The translations under genes and the position numbers were made by a program. Of a DNA stretch of 64,000 nt, positions 1 through 13,177 are shown piece by piece. The stretch comes from Hypanus sabinus. Taxonomy: Eukaryota. The notes below the pieces were generated by a model. It ran no database searches and was not told where the DNA came from. It was given only the letters and a program-made list of their open reading frames with translations. The stretch covers positions 151,342,001 to 151,406,000 of the forward strand of contig NC_082710.1 of the NCBI RefSeq assembly GCF_030144855.1, read 5' to 3'. Position 1 is the stretch's first letter, and each line of letters opens with the position of its first letter.

Positions 1-540
1 GTCCTAGGTAGGCCTGCAGTTTAGTGCAGGTTATTTTTCTGTGCTGTTTTCACGTAGTTCAGTGTAGTTTTTGTACTCTTTCATCTAGCACCATTGTCCT
101 GAAAAAATGTTGTCTCCTTTTTACTGTGTACTGTACCAGCAGTTATGGTCGAAGTGACACTAAAACGTGACTTGACTCGACTAATCCCCTGAACTCCCTA
201 TGCAGAACTTCGTCACTCGTCCTACGTATGCCATTGGAATCTACATGGACCATATCTTCTGGCTGCTCACACTCCCACTTTGACTGGTGAGAATTCAATC
301 AGGGATTTCGCAGACCCTGGTACGAGGAAGGCAACAGAGCTTCCAGGAAACTTAACCTTGCCGTCAAAACTCCCTGTCCGTTCCCATAACTAACGAATTC
401 TCTGTCACGATAGGGTGCCTCTCCTTAACAATTCCCATCTGAGTTACAGAGGTGGAGACTGTGCCAGAGATGCGACCACTGTGACTTTGCTCTGATGGTC
501 ATCGCCCTGCCCCAGGACAGTATTAAAAGTGACATATCTG

Positions 541-1030
541 TTATAACATAGAAATCTATAGCACATTACAGGCACTTCGGCCCTTAATAGAGTGCCGACC
601 ACATAAACTACTCCAGAAACTTCCCAGAATCACCATCCCGCAGAGCCTCTATATTGCTAAGCTCCATGTACCTATCTAAGAGCCCCTTTAAGGAACCTTT
701 TGTATCAACTCAGGCACCGTCGCCGGCAATGTATTTCACGCACTCTGTGTGAATAATTTACCCCTAACATCTCCTCTGTACCTACTTCCAAGGAATTTAC
801 AACTATGCTCCTCCTGCTATCCATTTCAACCCGAGAAAAGGCATCTGACTATCCACAAGATCGATCCTTCTCATCGTCTTACACATTTCTATCAGGTCAC
901 CTGTCATCCTCCGTTGTTCCAAGGATAAAAGGCTAGGTTCACTCAACCCGTTCCCATAAGGTACGCTCTCCAATCCAGGTAACATCTTCGTAAATTTTCT
1001 CTGCACTCTCTCTGTAATATCCATATCCTT
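541..1030 (-). mobile_element. CR1 LINE, degraded 3' fragment (end of ORF2 and 3' UTR)
   Basis: ORF 803-1024 (RVQRKFTKMLPG...SLEQRRMTGDLIE) matches the CR1 ORF2 C-terminus seen in the other CR1 copies here. Boundaries approximate. Confidence 0.8.
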
Positions 1031-1062
1031 CCTTTAATGAACACAGGATTAATGATGAATTA

Positions 1063-2045
1063 ATCCAAGATGGTGGCACGACGCAGCTTGCCGCGGCCAC
1101 TCTGGAGCTGATGTCCGTTATTTGTTAAGCGGCGTTCCATGCACAATCCTAATCTGATGAGAAACGGACGTGGGAGCACGGAGGAACATCTGGAAATCGC
1201 CAGGAAGGCCAACTTCATTGCTGCTGCTGTTGTGAGGTCCGGGTTTCTGCTGAGAAGAACAAACTCCTAGTCCCCGGGGTCGATTTTCCGGTGGCCGTTG
1301 GCGGGGTCGGCATAATGCGCTCGGCAGAGGGTGGTGTTCGGAGAGGCTGTGCCGGAGCGGATGGTTGGAGGCTCGGAGGTTCGACGCACTCGGAGTCCGC
1401 TGCGGTCGGGGCGCTTTCACTGCGTGCTGCGTCTGCAAGGCTGGGTCCGACGGAACTTTCGTTGTATGCTGCACCTGCTAGGCTGAGTCCGGAGGCGCCT
1501 TGAAAGTCCATAGCAGGGGTACTCCCTTCTGCCGTCGGCGTGGGATGACGAGTCTATCTGGACCCTGAGTACGTCTGGAAACTGTGTAGTGGTTTCTTTC
1601 GAAATTACTGTCTTTTAACATCTTTGGACTATTTTTACTGTGCCCACGGTCTGTTTTTTTTATCAATTATGCCATTGTCCGCACTGTTGTAACTATATGT
1701 AACTATGTGGGTTTGCGTAGGTCTTGTAGCTTTCGTTTTTGGTTTGTTGGGTGGTAGAGATGGTCTCTTGACTTGGTGTGTCTGGAGAGTCTTGTTTTGT
1801 CTGGTGTATTTGGAGCTCCTTTCCAGTGAACGTGATAAGATGGTAGCACAATATTAATACGCAGCAGCCTCCGGACTGGATTGGGGATTGCCAAACGTTA
1901 TGTTGATTTTCTGGTGTAGTCTGTTTTGTCATGTGCTTTTGTGATATCATTATGGAGGAACGTTGTCTCATTATTTAATGGTATTGCCTTTGTGGTTTCT
2001 AAATGACAATAAACTGAAATTCAAATTCAAATTCAAATTCAATTC
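1063..2045 (+). mobile_element. About 1-kb GC-rich non-autonomous retroposon with LINE-type 3' tail
   Basis: Starts CAAGATGG with a CpG-rich 5' half. Ends aaatgacaataaactg followed by (aaattc)n, an AATAAA-plus-tandem tail typical of L2/Rex1-group LINEs. No RT coding sequence. Confidence 0.55.
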
Positions 2046-3015
2046 CACGTGGGCTCTGACCAAGGTATTATATAGCGGTAACGTTACCTCACACCTCTTG
2101 AGATTCCCACGGTTGATGAATGCCAACACACCATACAACTTATTAACAACTCTGTCAATCTGGGCAGCAGCTTTGAGAGTCCTATGAACATCGACCCCAT
2201 GATCGTTCTGAACCCCCCCCCCCCCTCCACACTGCTGAGGGTCTCTGTTTTAACATTATATTCTGCCTTTGACCACACAGCCATACGTGCAATCCACGTG
2301 AGATCCACGGTGATGTGTATGCTGAGGAATTAAAAGCTACTCATCCTCTCTAACACAGATCCCTTGACGTCAACAGGGGTAGCCTGTCACCATTCCTGCT
2401 GTAGGCCGCAACCATCTCCTCGGTTTTTGCGACATTGAGGAAGAGGTTGTTTTCTTGACACCACTGTGTCAGGGTGACGACTTCTTCTCTTTAGGCTGCC
2501 TCGTTATTATTTGAGCTAAGGCCAAACAAAGTAGTATCGTCAGCAAATTTAATTAGCATATTGGAGCAATGGGTGCACACAGTCATGGGTGTACACAGAG
2601 TAAAGGAGGGGGCTTAGGACACAGCCCTGAGTGGCTTCTCTGTTGAGGGTCAGAGAGGCAGTGGTGAGGGGGCCCATGCTTACCAACTGTCGGCTATCTG
2701 ATAGAAAGTCCAGGATCCGGATGCAAATGGTCAGTTGATGGCCCAGGTCTGTTAGCTTGTTGTCAAGCCTAGAGGGAATAGTAATGTTGAATGCTGGTAT
2801 GTAGTCCAAAAACAGCATTCTCACTTAAGCATCTTTCTCCAGGTGTGAAAGGACAGTGTGCAGAGCTGTTGTCATCACGTCGTCTGTCAATCAGTTGTGT
2901 GGGTAGTGAATTGTAGAGGCTCCAGTATGGGTGGTAGCATGCAGCAGATATAGTCGTTGACCAGCCTCTCAAAGCCTTTGCTTATTATTGAGGTGAGTGC
3001 AGCAGGACGCCAGTC
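2046..3015 (-). mobile_element. Rex1/Babar-type LINE RT fragment
   Basis: ORF 2549-2824 contains FLDY..AFNITIPSRL and QGCVLSPLLYSVYTHDC, a Rex1/Babar RT signature. Frameshifted. Confidence 0.75.
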
Positions 3016-3019
3016 GTTC

Positions 3020-5730
3020 AGACACGGATGTCTCAGGGGCAGGAATGGCTGCTGAGTGTGCCAGGCTTTATATGGTCCAAAATGAACTCAGAGGGAGGCA
3101 AAAGTGTTTGGGGCGTGGCGCTGCTAATTGGGCATAGTGTCACGGGTGCACAAAAGAAGGAAGTCATGAAGGGATTGTCTACTGAGTCAGTGTGGGTGGA
3201 AGTCAGAGAAAGTGAAGAGGCAACAACTCTACGGGTGTTCTTTATAGACCCCTCCCAATAGTAACAGGGATATCAGTGAGCAGAATGGGAGGCAGATTCA
3301 GGAACGGGAGATAATTGTGGGTTTGTTGTGATGGCAGATTTCAGCTTTCCTAATATTGATTGGCATCTCCATGGCACAAGGGATTTAGATTGGGTTGAGT
3401 TTGTTACGTGTGTTCAGTATGATTTCCTCACGCAATATGGAGATAAACCAACTATAAGAGAGGCTGTACTTGATCTGGTATTGCGAAATTAATCTGGTCA
3501 GGTGTCAGTTCTCCTCGTATGAGAGCGCTTTGGAGGTGGTGACCACAACACTACACCATAGTGCTGGAGAGGGACAAGAGATGACAATTTGGGAAAACAT
3601 TCTATTGTGGTAGAGGGTAATATGATTCTTTAAGACAGAAACAGATGTTCTCAGGGAACGCTCAGAAGAAATGACTCACCAAGGCCTTCTCGAGGAATAT
3701 TTGCACGGAGTTCTGCATAGATATGTTCGATTAGTCCACGGAAAGGACTGTAGAGTTAAAGAACCATGGTGTACAAAGGATGTATAAAAACTACTTAAGA
3801 AGGAAGGAAAAGCTTACGAAAGATTCAAGAATCTCCGTCCTGTTAGAGTTACAGATAATTATAAGGTTGCTAGGAAGGAACTTATGAATGGAATTCGGAG
3901 AGCCAGAGGGGAACATGAGAAGGCCTTGGTGAGCAGGATTAAGGAAAACCCCAAGGCATTCTACAGGTATGTGAAGAGCAAGAGAATAGGACTAAGCAGT
4001 TACCATAGTGGAAATGTGTTCATGGAGTTGGAAGAGATCGCGCAGGTATTTAATGAATACTTTGCTGCAGTATTCACCTGGGAAAAAATACCTTTATAAT
4101 TGTGGGAATGACTTACAGCGGACTGAAATGCTTCAGAGTATAGACATTCAGAATGATGATGTGCCGGAGCTTTTGAAAAGCATTAAGTTACATATGTGAC
4201 TGGGACCGGATTGGATAAACCCGGGGCTACTGTGGGAAACGGGGGAGGAGATTTCTGAGCATCTTGCGATGATCTTTGTTTCATCAATAATGACGTGAGG
4301 AGTACCGGAGGATGGGAGGGTTAAAATGTTGTTCACTTTTTCCAGAAAGTTAGTAAAGATAACCCAGAAAATTATAGACAAGTAAATTTGACTTCAGTGG
4401 TGGGCAATTTGATGGAGAAGAACCTGAGAGGCAGGATTTATCAGCATTTGGATTAGGGGTAGTCAGCATGGCTCAGTCGAGAGCTGGTTGGGCGTTACGA
4501 ATCGGGCTGAATTATTTGAGGAAGTAACAAAACATATTGATGAAGGTAGAGCAGTAGATACAGTGTATCTGGACATCAGTAAGGCATTTGATAAGATTCC
4601 CTATGCAAGGCTCCTTCAGGAAATAAGGAGGCATGGGATCCAAGTAGACTTTGCTTTGTGGATCTAGAATTGGCTCGCCCGCAGAAGGTGAAGGGTGATT
4701 GTAGTTGTTTCGTATTCAGCATGGAGGGTGGTGATCAGTGGTGTTCTGCAGTTATCTGTTCTGGGACATTTCCTCTTAGTGTTTTTTTATAAATGACCTG
4801 GATGAAGAAGTAGAAAGGTGGCTTAGTAAGTTTACTGATGACAAAAATATTGAGGGTGTTGTGGATAGTCTGGAGGATTGTCAGAGATTACAGTGGGACA
4901 TTAATAGGATGTAGATCTGGACTGAGAAGTGGTAAAGTGACCAAACTAGATAGGTGTGAAGTGGTTCAGTTTGGTTGATCCAATTTGAAGACAAAATATA
5001 ATATAAATGATTGAACTCTTGGCAGTATGGAGGATCTGAGAGATCTTCGGGTCAGTGTCTATAGGAAACTCCAAACTGCTGCGCGGGTTGACTGTGTTGT
5101 TAAGAAGGCTTATGGTGTGTTGGCACTTATCCACCGTGGGAATATGTTTAGGAGCCAAGATGTGATATTACAGCTATATAGACCTTGGTCTCACCACACT
5201 TGGAGTACTGTGTTCATTTATGTTCACCTCACTACAGAGAGGATGTGGATACTATAGAGAGTGCAGAGATTTACTTGGATGTTGCCTGGATTTGAGGGTG
5301 TACCTTATGAGAATAGATTAAGTGTACTTGCCTTTTCTGCTTGGAGCGACAGAGAATATGAAGTGACCTGATAGGGGTGTATAAGTGATCAATAGAATTG
5401 ATCCTATTGGTAGCCAGAGGCTTTGTTCCAGGGCTGAAATGGATAACACGAGGATGCATAGATCTGAGGTGCTTGGAAATAGATACCGAGTGGGATATCA
5501 GAAGTACATTTTTCACACAGAGAATGTTGATTGCACTGCCGACGGTGGTAGTGGAAACAGATACTATAGGGTCTTTTAAGGACCTCTTACATAGATACGC
5601 AGAGCTTAGGAAAATAGAGGACTATGCGCTAGGGAAGTTCTAGGCAGTCTCTAGAATAGGTTACATGGTCTACACAACATTGTGGGCGGATGGGCCTGTA
5701 ATGTGCTGAAAATTTCTATGATCTACCTTC
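3020..5730 (+). mobile_element. CR1 LINE, degraded ORF2 (endonuclease to RT) and 3' UTR
   Basis: Fragmentary ORFs with ENPKAFYRYVKSKR, FNEYFAAVFT and VKKAYGVLA; 3' tail near 5700. Many stops and frameshifts. Confidence 0.85.
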
Positions 5731-8376
5731 TATATTGCATGTCACCTTGGTTTTTATAGGTACAGGGATAATGGTGGATGTTTTGACGCAGGACACTCTA
5801 CACTGGGAGAGGGAGAGATTAAGAATAACTGTAAACAAACCTGCTAATTGTGCCGTGCGCATCCTGAGTACCCGCCCTGCGATGCCATCCCGTCAGGCAG
5901 CCTAACGACTGCCAATATTGCGTTTGATTAAATAGCAAATAGAAACATAATATTTTGGACGAGCGTAACGGCGGTGCCCTTGGGGAAATTGTCGCTGCCT
6001 TAATCGAACTCTGCACTCTCACTCGTCATTTTGTTTTTCCCTTCCGATCGTTAGTTCAACACACAAGTGGTGACTGTGTCAGGGGGAAGGCTTCAAGAGG
6101 TGATATTTGTAAAGAAAATTACAGATATTCACGTCCGTATTAAATATTGAATTGTCAATAGGGCAGATTACACTCAATATTTTCCCTGTTATCTTTCTAG
6201 TGCGTTACTATTCATGGAACTTACCTTACCAACTTATGCACTACATCGCAGATGAGAATGAAGCTACCATTGTTAAATAGGACTCGTATTTTAAGATACT
6301 TTGAGAAACTTAATATATCATTGAGACCGAGGTCAGTTCAAGCATAAAGTTACTGATTCACAATTCATATTCTAAGAAGTTAAAAGAAAAAGAATCAGTG
6401 CAATTCTGCGTACAACTATGGAAGTAGGAACCTGGAGCAACTTTCACTCCAACGTCATAGTCTCACATCAATAAAAATATATTATTAATTTGGATCATCG
6501 ATGCAGCGCCAGACATTTTAGATAAAATCGGTCCTACCGCTGCTCGAATCTGACTTCGTGTAGGAATTTATTCTACAAGGTTTCATCGCCTGAAATAAAG
6601 CATAAGCACCCTGAATGAATTTCTGCTTTCGCATTCCAATGATTCCATTTCGTATCTTGGTGGGCTAGCTGCCTTTTTCTTTTCTCACCTATGCTGACTG
6701 TCCGGATGGGAAGGTCGTTAACCTCCTTACTTACTGGGCGAAGCATGTTAAATTATCGCTCTTCAGATTCCTTGCTCCTGTGCGGGTCAAATTTGCGAGT
6801 GGGAGGTGAAACTAGTTCTGCTTAACTGAATCAGTTATAACATAATTATTTAGAGCCTCAACAGAAGTAGACCCCGAAACATTTGATCTCATTTCCATTA
6901 AATCAAGGCTCATTGCATGCGATTGATGGAGTATATATAGCTCGAGTCTATTCATTGAATTCTGCCACGATAGAAAAATTCAAAAATTCCTCCGTGCTCC
7001 AGACCGCAAATGAAGGTAGGAAAAATAAAAATGGAGTAAATGTTCCAAGCTGATGAACAGAGATACTCGTGAAAAGTTTTCAGACATAACTGTCAGCACT
7101 GTTTCTTTTCCCTGGGATGTGGTCATACAAGCAGAGGAATCCCACCTTTTTAATATTATTTTTACTTTGATTTCCAACATCTGCAGGTTTCTTCCTGTTT
7201 GGCTTGGATCCCGGAGATAGGGTGTTGCTTAGATATCTTCAATATACCTGACTTTACCACCTTTATATAAAAAGAGCAACCTTCGGGATGACAAAAAAAG
7301 GTATTCTGCGGTTCCCACCTGAGCCTCTTACTCCTCACGAGTAACATTTGTCCACCGCTATGTCGATATCTCTGTCTCGGGAATATTTCCTACTAACTAA
7401 TCTAACTACACCTTTCATTATTCAGCATTTCTATACTACTAGCCCGTCCATCTTTTCTCCTCCAAGGATAAACACCCCTGCCCATGAGTTCTTCGCAACA
7501 TTAAAATGTTCCATCCCAAGCAATAACTTCTCCAATGCAATCTTATGGACCAGGAGCCTATATGATATTCCAGATATGGTCTCACAAAGATTTTATAGAA
7601 TTAGAAGAAAACCCACTCATTTCATGCCTTGCTGATGAAGCCAGGAATCCTTCATGTGTTGTTCACTATCCTCTCTGAAGTTGCTGCCACCTTCAGGGCC
7701 CATTAAACATACACAAAAAGTCTATTGTTGTTCAGTTCAACCCGGGATTTAAATTCATAATGAAATCAAGAACATTCCCATTAAGGGAAATGACAGCTTT
7801 CACAATATTAACAGAAACATTGAATCCGCCACAGAGAGAAATTGAGAAGGAATCAAGAACGGCGAAACGCATAGTCGGCAATAATTCAATAATTGCATTT
7901 TGAGTCGCATAAGGCGTATGACAAACCAATTGTAGGCGACAAATTTCTGTTTAAAAGTACAGTAATATGGAGACGTCATCACTAAGTTGCATGTGAGTCC
8001 CGAAGATGTAATGTAAAACGCTATTTTAACTGCTGGTTATGTTATTCGGGCTGTAGCTAAGTATGGAACTATACTCTGTTTAATGTTGACCGAGAAATAT
8101 GTTTAACTAAAAATAAAACAAGTAGTCCAAAATCACTAAAACACTATAGATTGCATGTTCAAAGGAACTGCATGAAGATTTGGCGGAAATAAAACTTCCA
8201 TCATCTGGTTCTGGGATTAATCTTGTGAACGAGGAAACATTTCAGAGAGGACTTCACATTTACTCGGGATGCTGCGGTGCTACTGTTTTTTTTTCCCAAA
8301 AGCGCGGAAAGATTCGGGTATATCGATCTTCTGCATGTGGAATGCTGGTTTTGTAATTTCTTTGTAACATAGTTAT

Positions 8377-9045
8377 TGTGCTGTCTTTACGACAGTTATT
8401 TAGTTTATAATATTTTCGCTTAGTAATTAATTTTATAGTATTTTCTAGTTAGAATTAGAAGTGTTTAAAGTATATTCATTGCATGTAAAATATATCGGCA
8501 TGCGATGACGTCACATCTGGTTTCGCCGCGTCTTGTGCGAAAGTACCGGTTTGAAATTAACGCGAGGGTGGGGACTCACCACGAGGCACACCTGAGCAGA
8601 AGTTGTTTTGCAGGCATGAGAACTCACAGTGAGAGCAACGCTGTAAGTTACTAGATAATCGATATATTGAACTAAGATGTTAATGCCGATCCTGTTAGAA
8701 GTAACGACGGTCGATAATGTTTATGCTTTCGTTAGTTAAAGAGTTGCGGATAGTTTGCATGGAAGTGTATTTAAAGTAGTCAATGGAGCAGGTAAACTCT
8801 CCCTGTATACTGCACCTTAGTGTAATGTAGTTATAGTCAACTTTACGAGTATTTACAATTGAAATGTGATATTAAGGAAGGAACAAATACTGTATCAATC
8901 GTATTGTTTTATCAACAGTTTTCACCATATGTTAATGTAAAGAGTGAACAGTAAATGGTTAATCTTACTGCGATCTGGCTTCATTGACTGGTTTATCTCG
9001 ACGTTGAATTCGGCGTTATTAGTACACGCGAAGGAGAACGTTACA
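8377..9045 (+). repeat. BEL 5' LTR (669 bp)
   Basis: Direct repeat of 12507-13177; about 18 substitutions and one 2-bp indel by manual count (about 97% identical). Confidence 0.95.
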
Positions 9046-9083
9046 GTGAAAAAGCGGCATTATCAGGTGTTTCAAGTGCTGCA

Positions 9084-11955
9084 ATGTCAGCTCGATCCAG
9101 CATCAAGTCGACGCCGCCCAGCGACAAGGGCGGTAAACCGACATCAAGTAAGCCCACCCAGGCGTTATCAGGTGTTCCAAGTGCTGCAATGTCAGCTCGA
9201 TCCGGGATCAAGTCGATGGCGCCCAGCGACAAGGGCAGTAGAGCGACATCAAGTAAGTCCACCCAGGCAAGAGCCAAGGCAGAAGCCGCCAAGGTGCGAC
9301 TGCGTTACGCCAGACAAGAAGCAGTTTTGAAAATGAAGCAGACCACCAGAAAAGCCGAAATCCAGAAAGAAAAGGCTGCCAGAGAAGCCGAAAGGGCCGC
9401 CAGACAAAGAGAAGAGGCTGCCAGAGAAGCCGAAAGGGCCGCCAGACAAAGAGAAGAGGCCGCCAGAGAGGCCGAAACCCAGAAGGAATGGGACACCCGA
9501 GAAGCCGAAACCCAGTTGGAAATGGCAAAAATATCGACAGAGTTGCAAGTGCTGCAGCTAGAAAGAGAAGAAGAAGCTGCCATGGCGGAAGCAGAGTACA
9601 TAGAAGAAGCTGAAGGGTCGCGTGATCTGACCGAAGTAAGATCTACTTTAGAAAGGACCAGACTGGAACGCACAAGCGACTATGTACAATCTCAAATAGA
9701 CAGGCAGGCTCGTCTCCCCTCTCCATACGTATTCGATAACTTCCCCAGCTACGAGGAACCTCAGAGAGTCACGATTGCATCACATCCATACGGGGAAGAA
9801 AATGTACCCTCACGACTCCGTGATGAAGTCAAGAATGAAAGAGCTGACAACCGATACTTCTCGACACCAAGCTTACAAAGTTTGATGCGAAGAGCTGCAG
9901 AGGTCGAATCCAGGACGGCAAATTCCATGAGAAACGTACGCTCTCAGTCATATAGGCGCCAACGTACTTCTCCAGCCCGCATGCCGCTTACAGCCGATCC
10001 CATGATGCAGTATTTAGCACGACGGGATCTCGTCACTTCGGGACTGTACCAGTTTGACGATAAAGCTGAAAATTACCGTGCATGGTACTCCACATTCACC
10101 AACGCGAACGACGGAGTCCAGCTCAGTGCAACCCAAAGGTTGGACCTTATGGCGAAATGGCTGGGGAAAGAATCACGCGACCAGGTGAGACGCATACGTT
10201 CAGTGTACATCAACAAACCCGAACTAGCCTTAAGCAAAGCGTGGGAGAGAATTCGGGAGGACTATGGGTCCCCGAAGCTATTGAAGCGGCGCTATATCGA
10301 CGTCTGGAAAACTTTCCTAAGGTGTCAGCCAACGATCACATTAAGTTAAGAGAATTCGGAGATTTATTCATGGAGATCCAAGGCGCCAAAGAAGATGGCT
10401 ACTCAGCTGGTCTAGTATACCTAGATACTCCATTCGGGATTAGACAAGTCGTGGACAAACTTCCTTTTGGGCTGCAGGACAGGTGGCTGTCCGTTGCTTT
10501 AGATTACAAGGAAGAGCACGATGATCAACCACCTCCCTTTGAGCTCCTCACTAGGTTTGTGTGCAGGGAGGCGAAGAAGCGAAACGACCCTAGCCTCGTG
10601 GGTCCAGGAAGCAGTACGATTTACACCAAGCCAAGTAGGTCCTCTTCGAATGTTTTCAACATTGATAAACCCGTCTCAGTGCTCAAGACTGAAGCCCTTA
10701 CAACTAACAACGACCCTAGCAAGTATTGTCCATTGCATAACAAACCTCACCCCCTCAAAGGATGCAGAATGTTTAGGGAAAAACCCCTTGCAGAGAGGAC
10801 GGCCCTTCTCAAGGAGAAAAGAATATGTTTTTGATGCTGTTCCTCAACCTCTCACCTCGCCAGAGAGTGTACGATCGCCGTGAAGTGTCCGGAATGTGAT
10901 AGCCCAGATCACGTCGGGGCCATGCATCCCGACCTGTCACCCCAAACCGAGAGCGCTCCTTCACCCCCACAACAGGACGGCGGGGAGGGAGAGGCTCACC
11001 CCAGGACAACAGTTGTCAGCTCGAACTGTACAGAAGTTTGCGGTCAAGCTCAGTCAAGCCGTTCTTGTTCCAAGATCTGCCTCACTAAGGTGTACCCTAA
11101 AGGAGCCAAAGACAAGGCCATCAAAGCCTATGTGATTCTGGACGATCAGAGCAATCGCTCACTAGTCAGTCCAGAGTTCTTTAAATTGTTCAACATTGAG
11201 AGTGAGCAGTTCCCATACTACCTCAAAACTTGCTGAGGCAACATGGAAACCCAAGGAAGGAAGGCAGAAGGCATCCAGATCGAGTCCCTGGATGGTAAAG
11301 TCGTCATCTGTCTCCCTCCGCTCTTAGAGTGCAATGAAATCATGAATAACCGTACTGAGATCCCGACACCAAGTGCGGTGCTACAGCAGCCACATCTCCA
11401 CCACATCGCCAAACACATCCCAGAACTGGATCCAAAAGCGGAAATACTCCTGCTATTAGGAAGAGATGTTATCCAGGTACACAAGGTTAGGCAGCAGGTC
11501 AATGGACCGTTCGACGCCCCCTTCGCACAACGTCTGGATCTGGGCTGGGTGGTGATAGGAGAGGTGTGTCTCGGTGACGTACACAAACCGACGGTTGACA
11601 CACTCAAGACCAATGTGCTAGAGAGTGGCCGCCATTCAATCTTTCAACCCTGCCCGAGTGTCCCGTGCATTAAGGAAGCACAACAAGACGTTAACAAGCC
11701 TAAAGTAACTGACGAGACGCCAGGTCAGTCAGTTTTCGTTCAATCCGAGCACGGAAATAAACTTGCACAATCAGCTCAAGATGCCATTTCTTTAAAAACA
11801 AAGGACAACAAGGTCTTCAGAGATGAAGCAAATAATTGGGTCGCCCCACTACCCTTCAGAGAACCACGCCAGCGGTTGCCAGATAACAAAGAGCAGGCAG
11901 TCAAACGGTTCACGTCCTTACGGAAAACTCGGAAAAGGAAACCTGAGATGCAGCA
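9084..11955 (+). pseudogene. gag: BEL gag-protease and start of RT region, disrupted
   Basis: Coiled-coil N-terminus; FDDKAENYRAW (DUF1759-like); YCPLHNKPHPLKGC and CF*CC...CPECDSPDH knuckles; VILDDQSNRS aspartic protease; WVAPLPFR...LPDNKEQA. Frameshift near 10270 and breaks at 10834 and 11236. Confidence 0.88.
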
Positions 11956-12449
11956 ACGCACCCGATTGACCCACGAGGTACTGTGCACCCTAATGGCACA
12001 GCCATTATAAACGCACAACCACTCCTACCGTGTCTTCTGACCCAGAAAACCCCTTCATACCTTCGCCATCAATGCTCCTTACGCAGAAGGCAGGAGCTCC
12101 CCCTCCACCAGGAGGCTTCTCAGACGAGGATTTGTACACAAAGCAATGGAGACAAGTCCAGGCTCTGGCAAATCAGCTCTGGTCTCGCTGGAGACAAAAA
12201 TATCTACCCTTGTTGCAACAGAGACAAAAGTGGACAGAACCCCGCAGGAATCTTCAAGTTGGAGACTTAGTCCTGCTCAGGGACAAGCAAATCGCCCGCA
12301 ACAGCTGGCCAATGGCCAGAATCACTGCTACATTCCCTAGCGGGGATGGACATGTCAGGAAGATCGAATTGAAGACTACCGACCAAGGCGATGTGAAAAT
12401 TTACCAAAGGCCAGTTACAGAAGTTATTCTACTTCTACCTAATGACTGA
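11956..12449 (+). pseudogene. BEL integrase C-terminal remnant with DUF5641-like domain
   Basis: THEVLCTLMA, IIN.QPL, SSDPENPFIPSPSMLLTQK, WRQVQALANQLWSRWRQKYL, WPMARIT...DGHVR. Confidence 0.88.
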
Positions 12450-12506
12450 TTAAGAAACTAAGTTTGTACTCTGTTCATTATGACCTTACGAAGGTCAAGC
12501 AGGGAG

Positions 12507-13177
12507 TGTGCTGTCTTTACGACAGTTATTTAGTTTATAATATTTTCGCATAGTAATTCATTTTATAGTATTTTCTAGTTAGAATTAGAAGTGTTTAAAG
12601 TATATTCATTGCATGTAAAATATATCGGCATGCGATGACGTCACATCCGGTTTCGCCGCGTCTTGTGGGAAAATACCGGTTTGAAATTAGCGCGAGGGTG
12701 GGGGCTCACCACGAGGCACACCTGAGCAGAAGTTGTTTTGCAGGCATGAGAAATCACAGTGAGAACAACGCTGTAAGTTAATAGATAATCGATATATTGA
12801 ACTAAGATGTTAATGCCGATCCTGTTAGAAGTAACGACGGTCGATAATGTTTATGCTTTCGTTAGTTAAAGAGTTGCGGATAGTTTGCATGGAAGTGTAT
12901 TTAAAGTAGTCAATGGAGCAGATAAACTCTCCCTGTATACTGCACCTTAGTGTAATGTAGTTATAGTCACCTTTACAATTATTTACAATTGAAATGTGAT
13001 ATTAAGGAAGGAAGAAATACTGTATCAATCTTGTATTGTTTTATCAACAGTTTTCACCATATGTTAATGTGAAGAGTGAACAGTAAATGGTTAATCTTAC
13101 TGCGATCTGGTTTCATTGACTGGTTTATCTCGACGTTGAATTCGGCGTTATTAGTACGCGCGAAGGAGAACGTTACA
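12507..13177 (+). repeat. BEL 3' LTR (671 bp)
   Basis: Direct repeat of 8377-9045, followed by TSD GTTAT. Confidence 0.95.

Larger units (their letters stand above)
8377..13177 (+). mobile_element. BEL/Pao LTR retrotransposon, internally deleted (RT, RNase H and most of integrase missing)
   Basis: TG...CA LTRs at 8377-9045 and 12507-13177; 5-bp TSD GTTAT (8372-8376 and 13178-13182); purine tract AGGGAG before the 3' LTR; BEL-type gag, protease and integrase C-terminal motifs. Confidence 0.93.

Noticed and set aside
1118-1666. Overlapping ORFs on both strands in the GC-rich repeat
   Set aside because: Low stop density from high GC; no protein motifs.
6538-6589. Minus-strand exon-like segment (AMKPCRINSYTKSDSSS) and neighbours near 6730-6770
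   Set aside because: Splice phases do not give a coherent frame, and the phase-1 reading stops after five codons.
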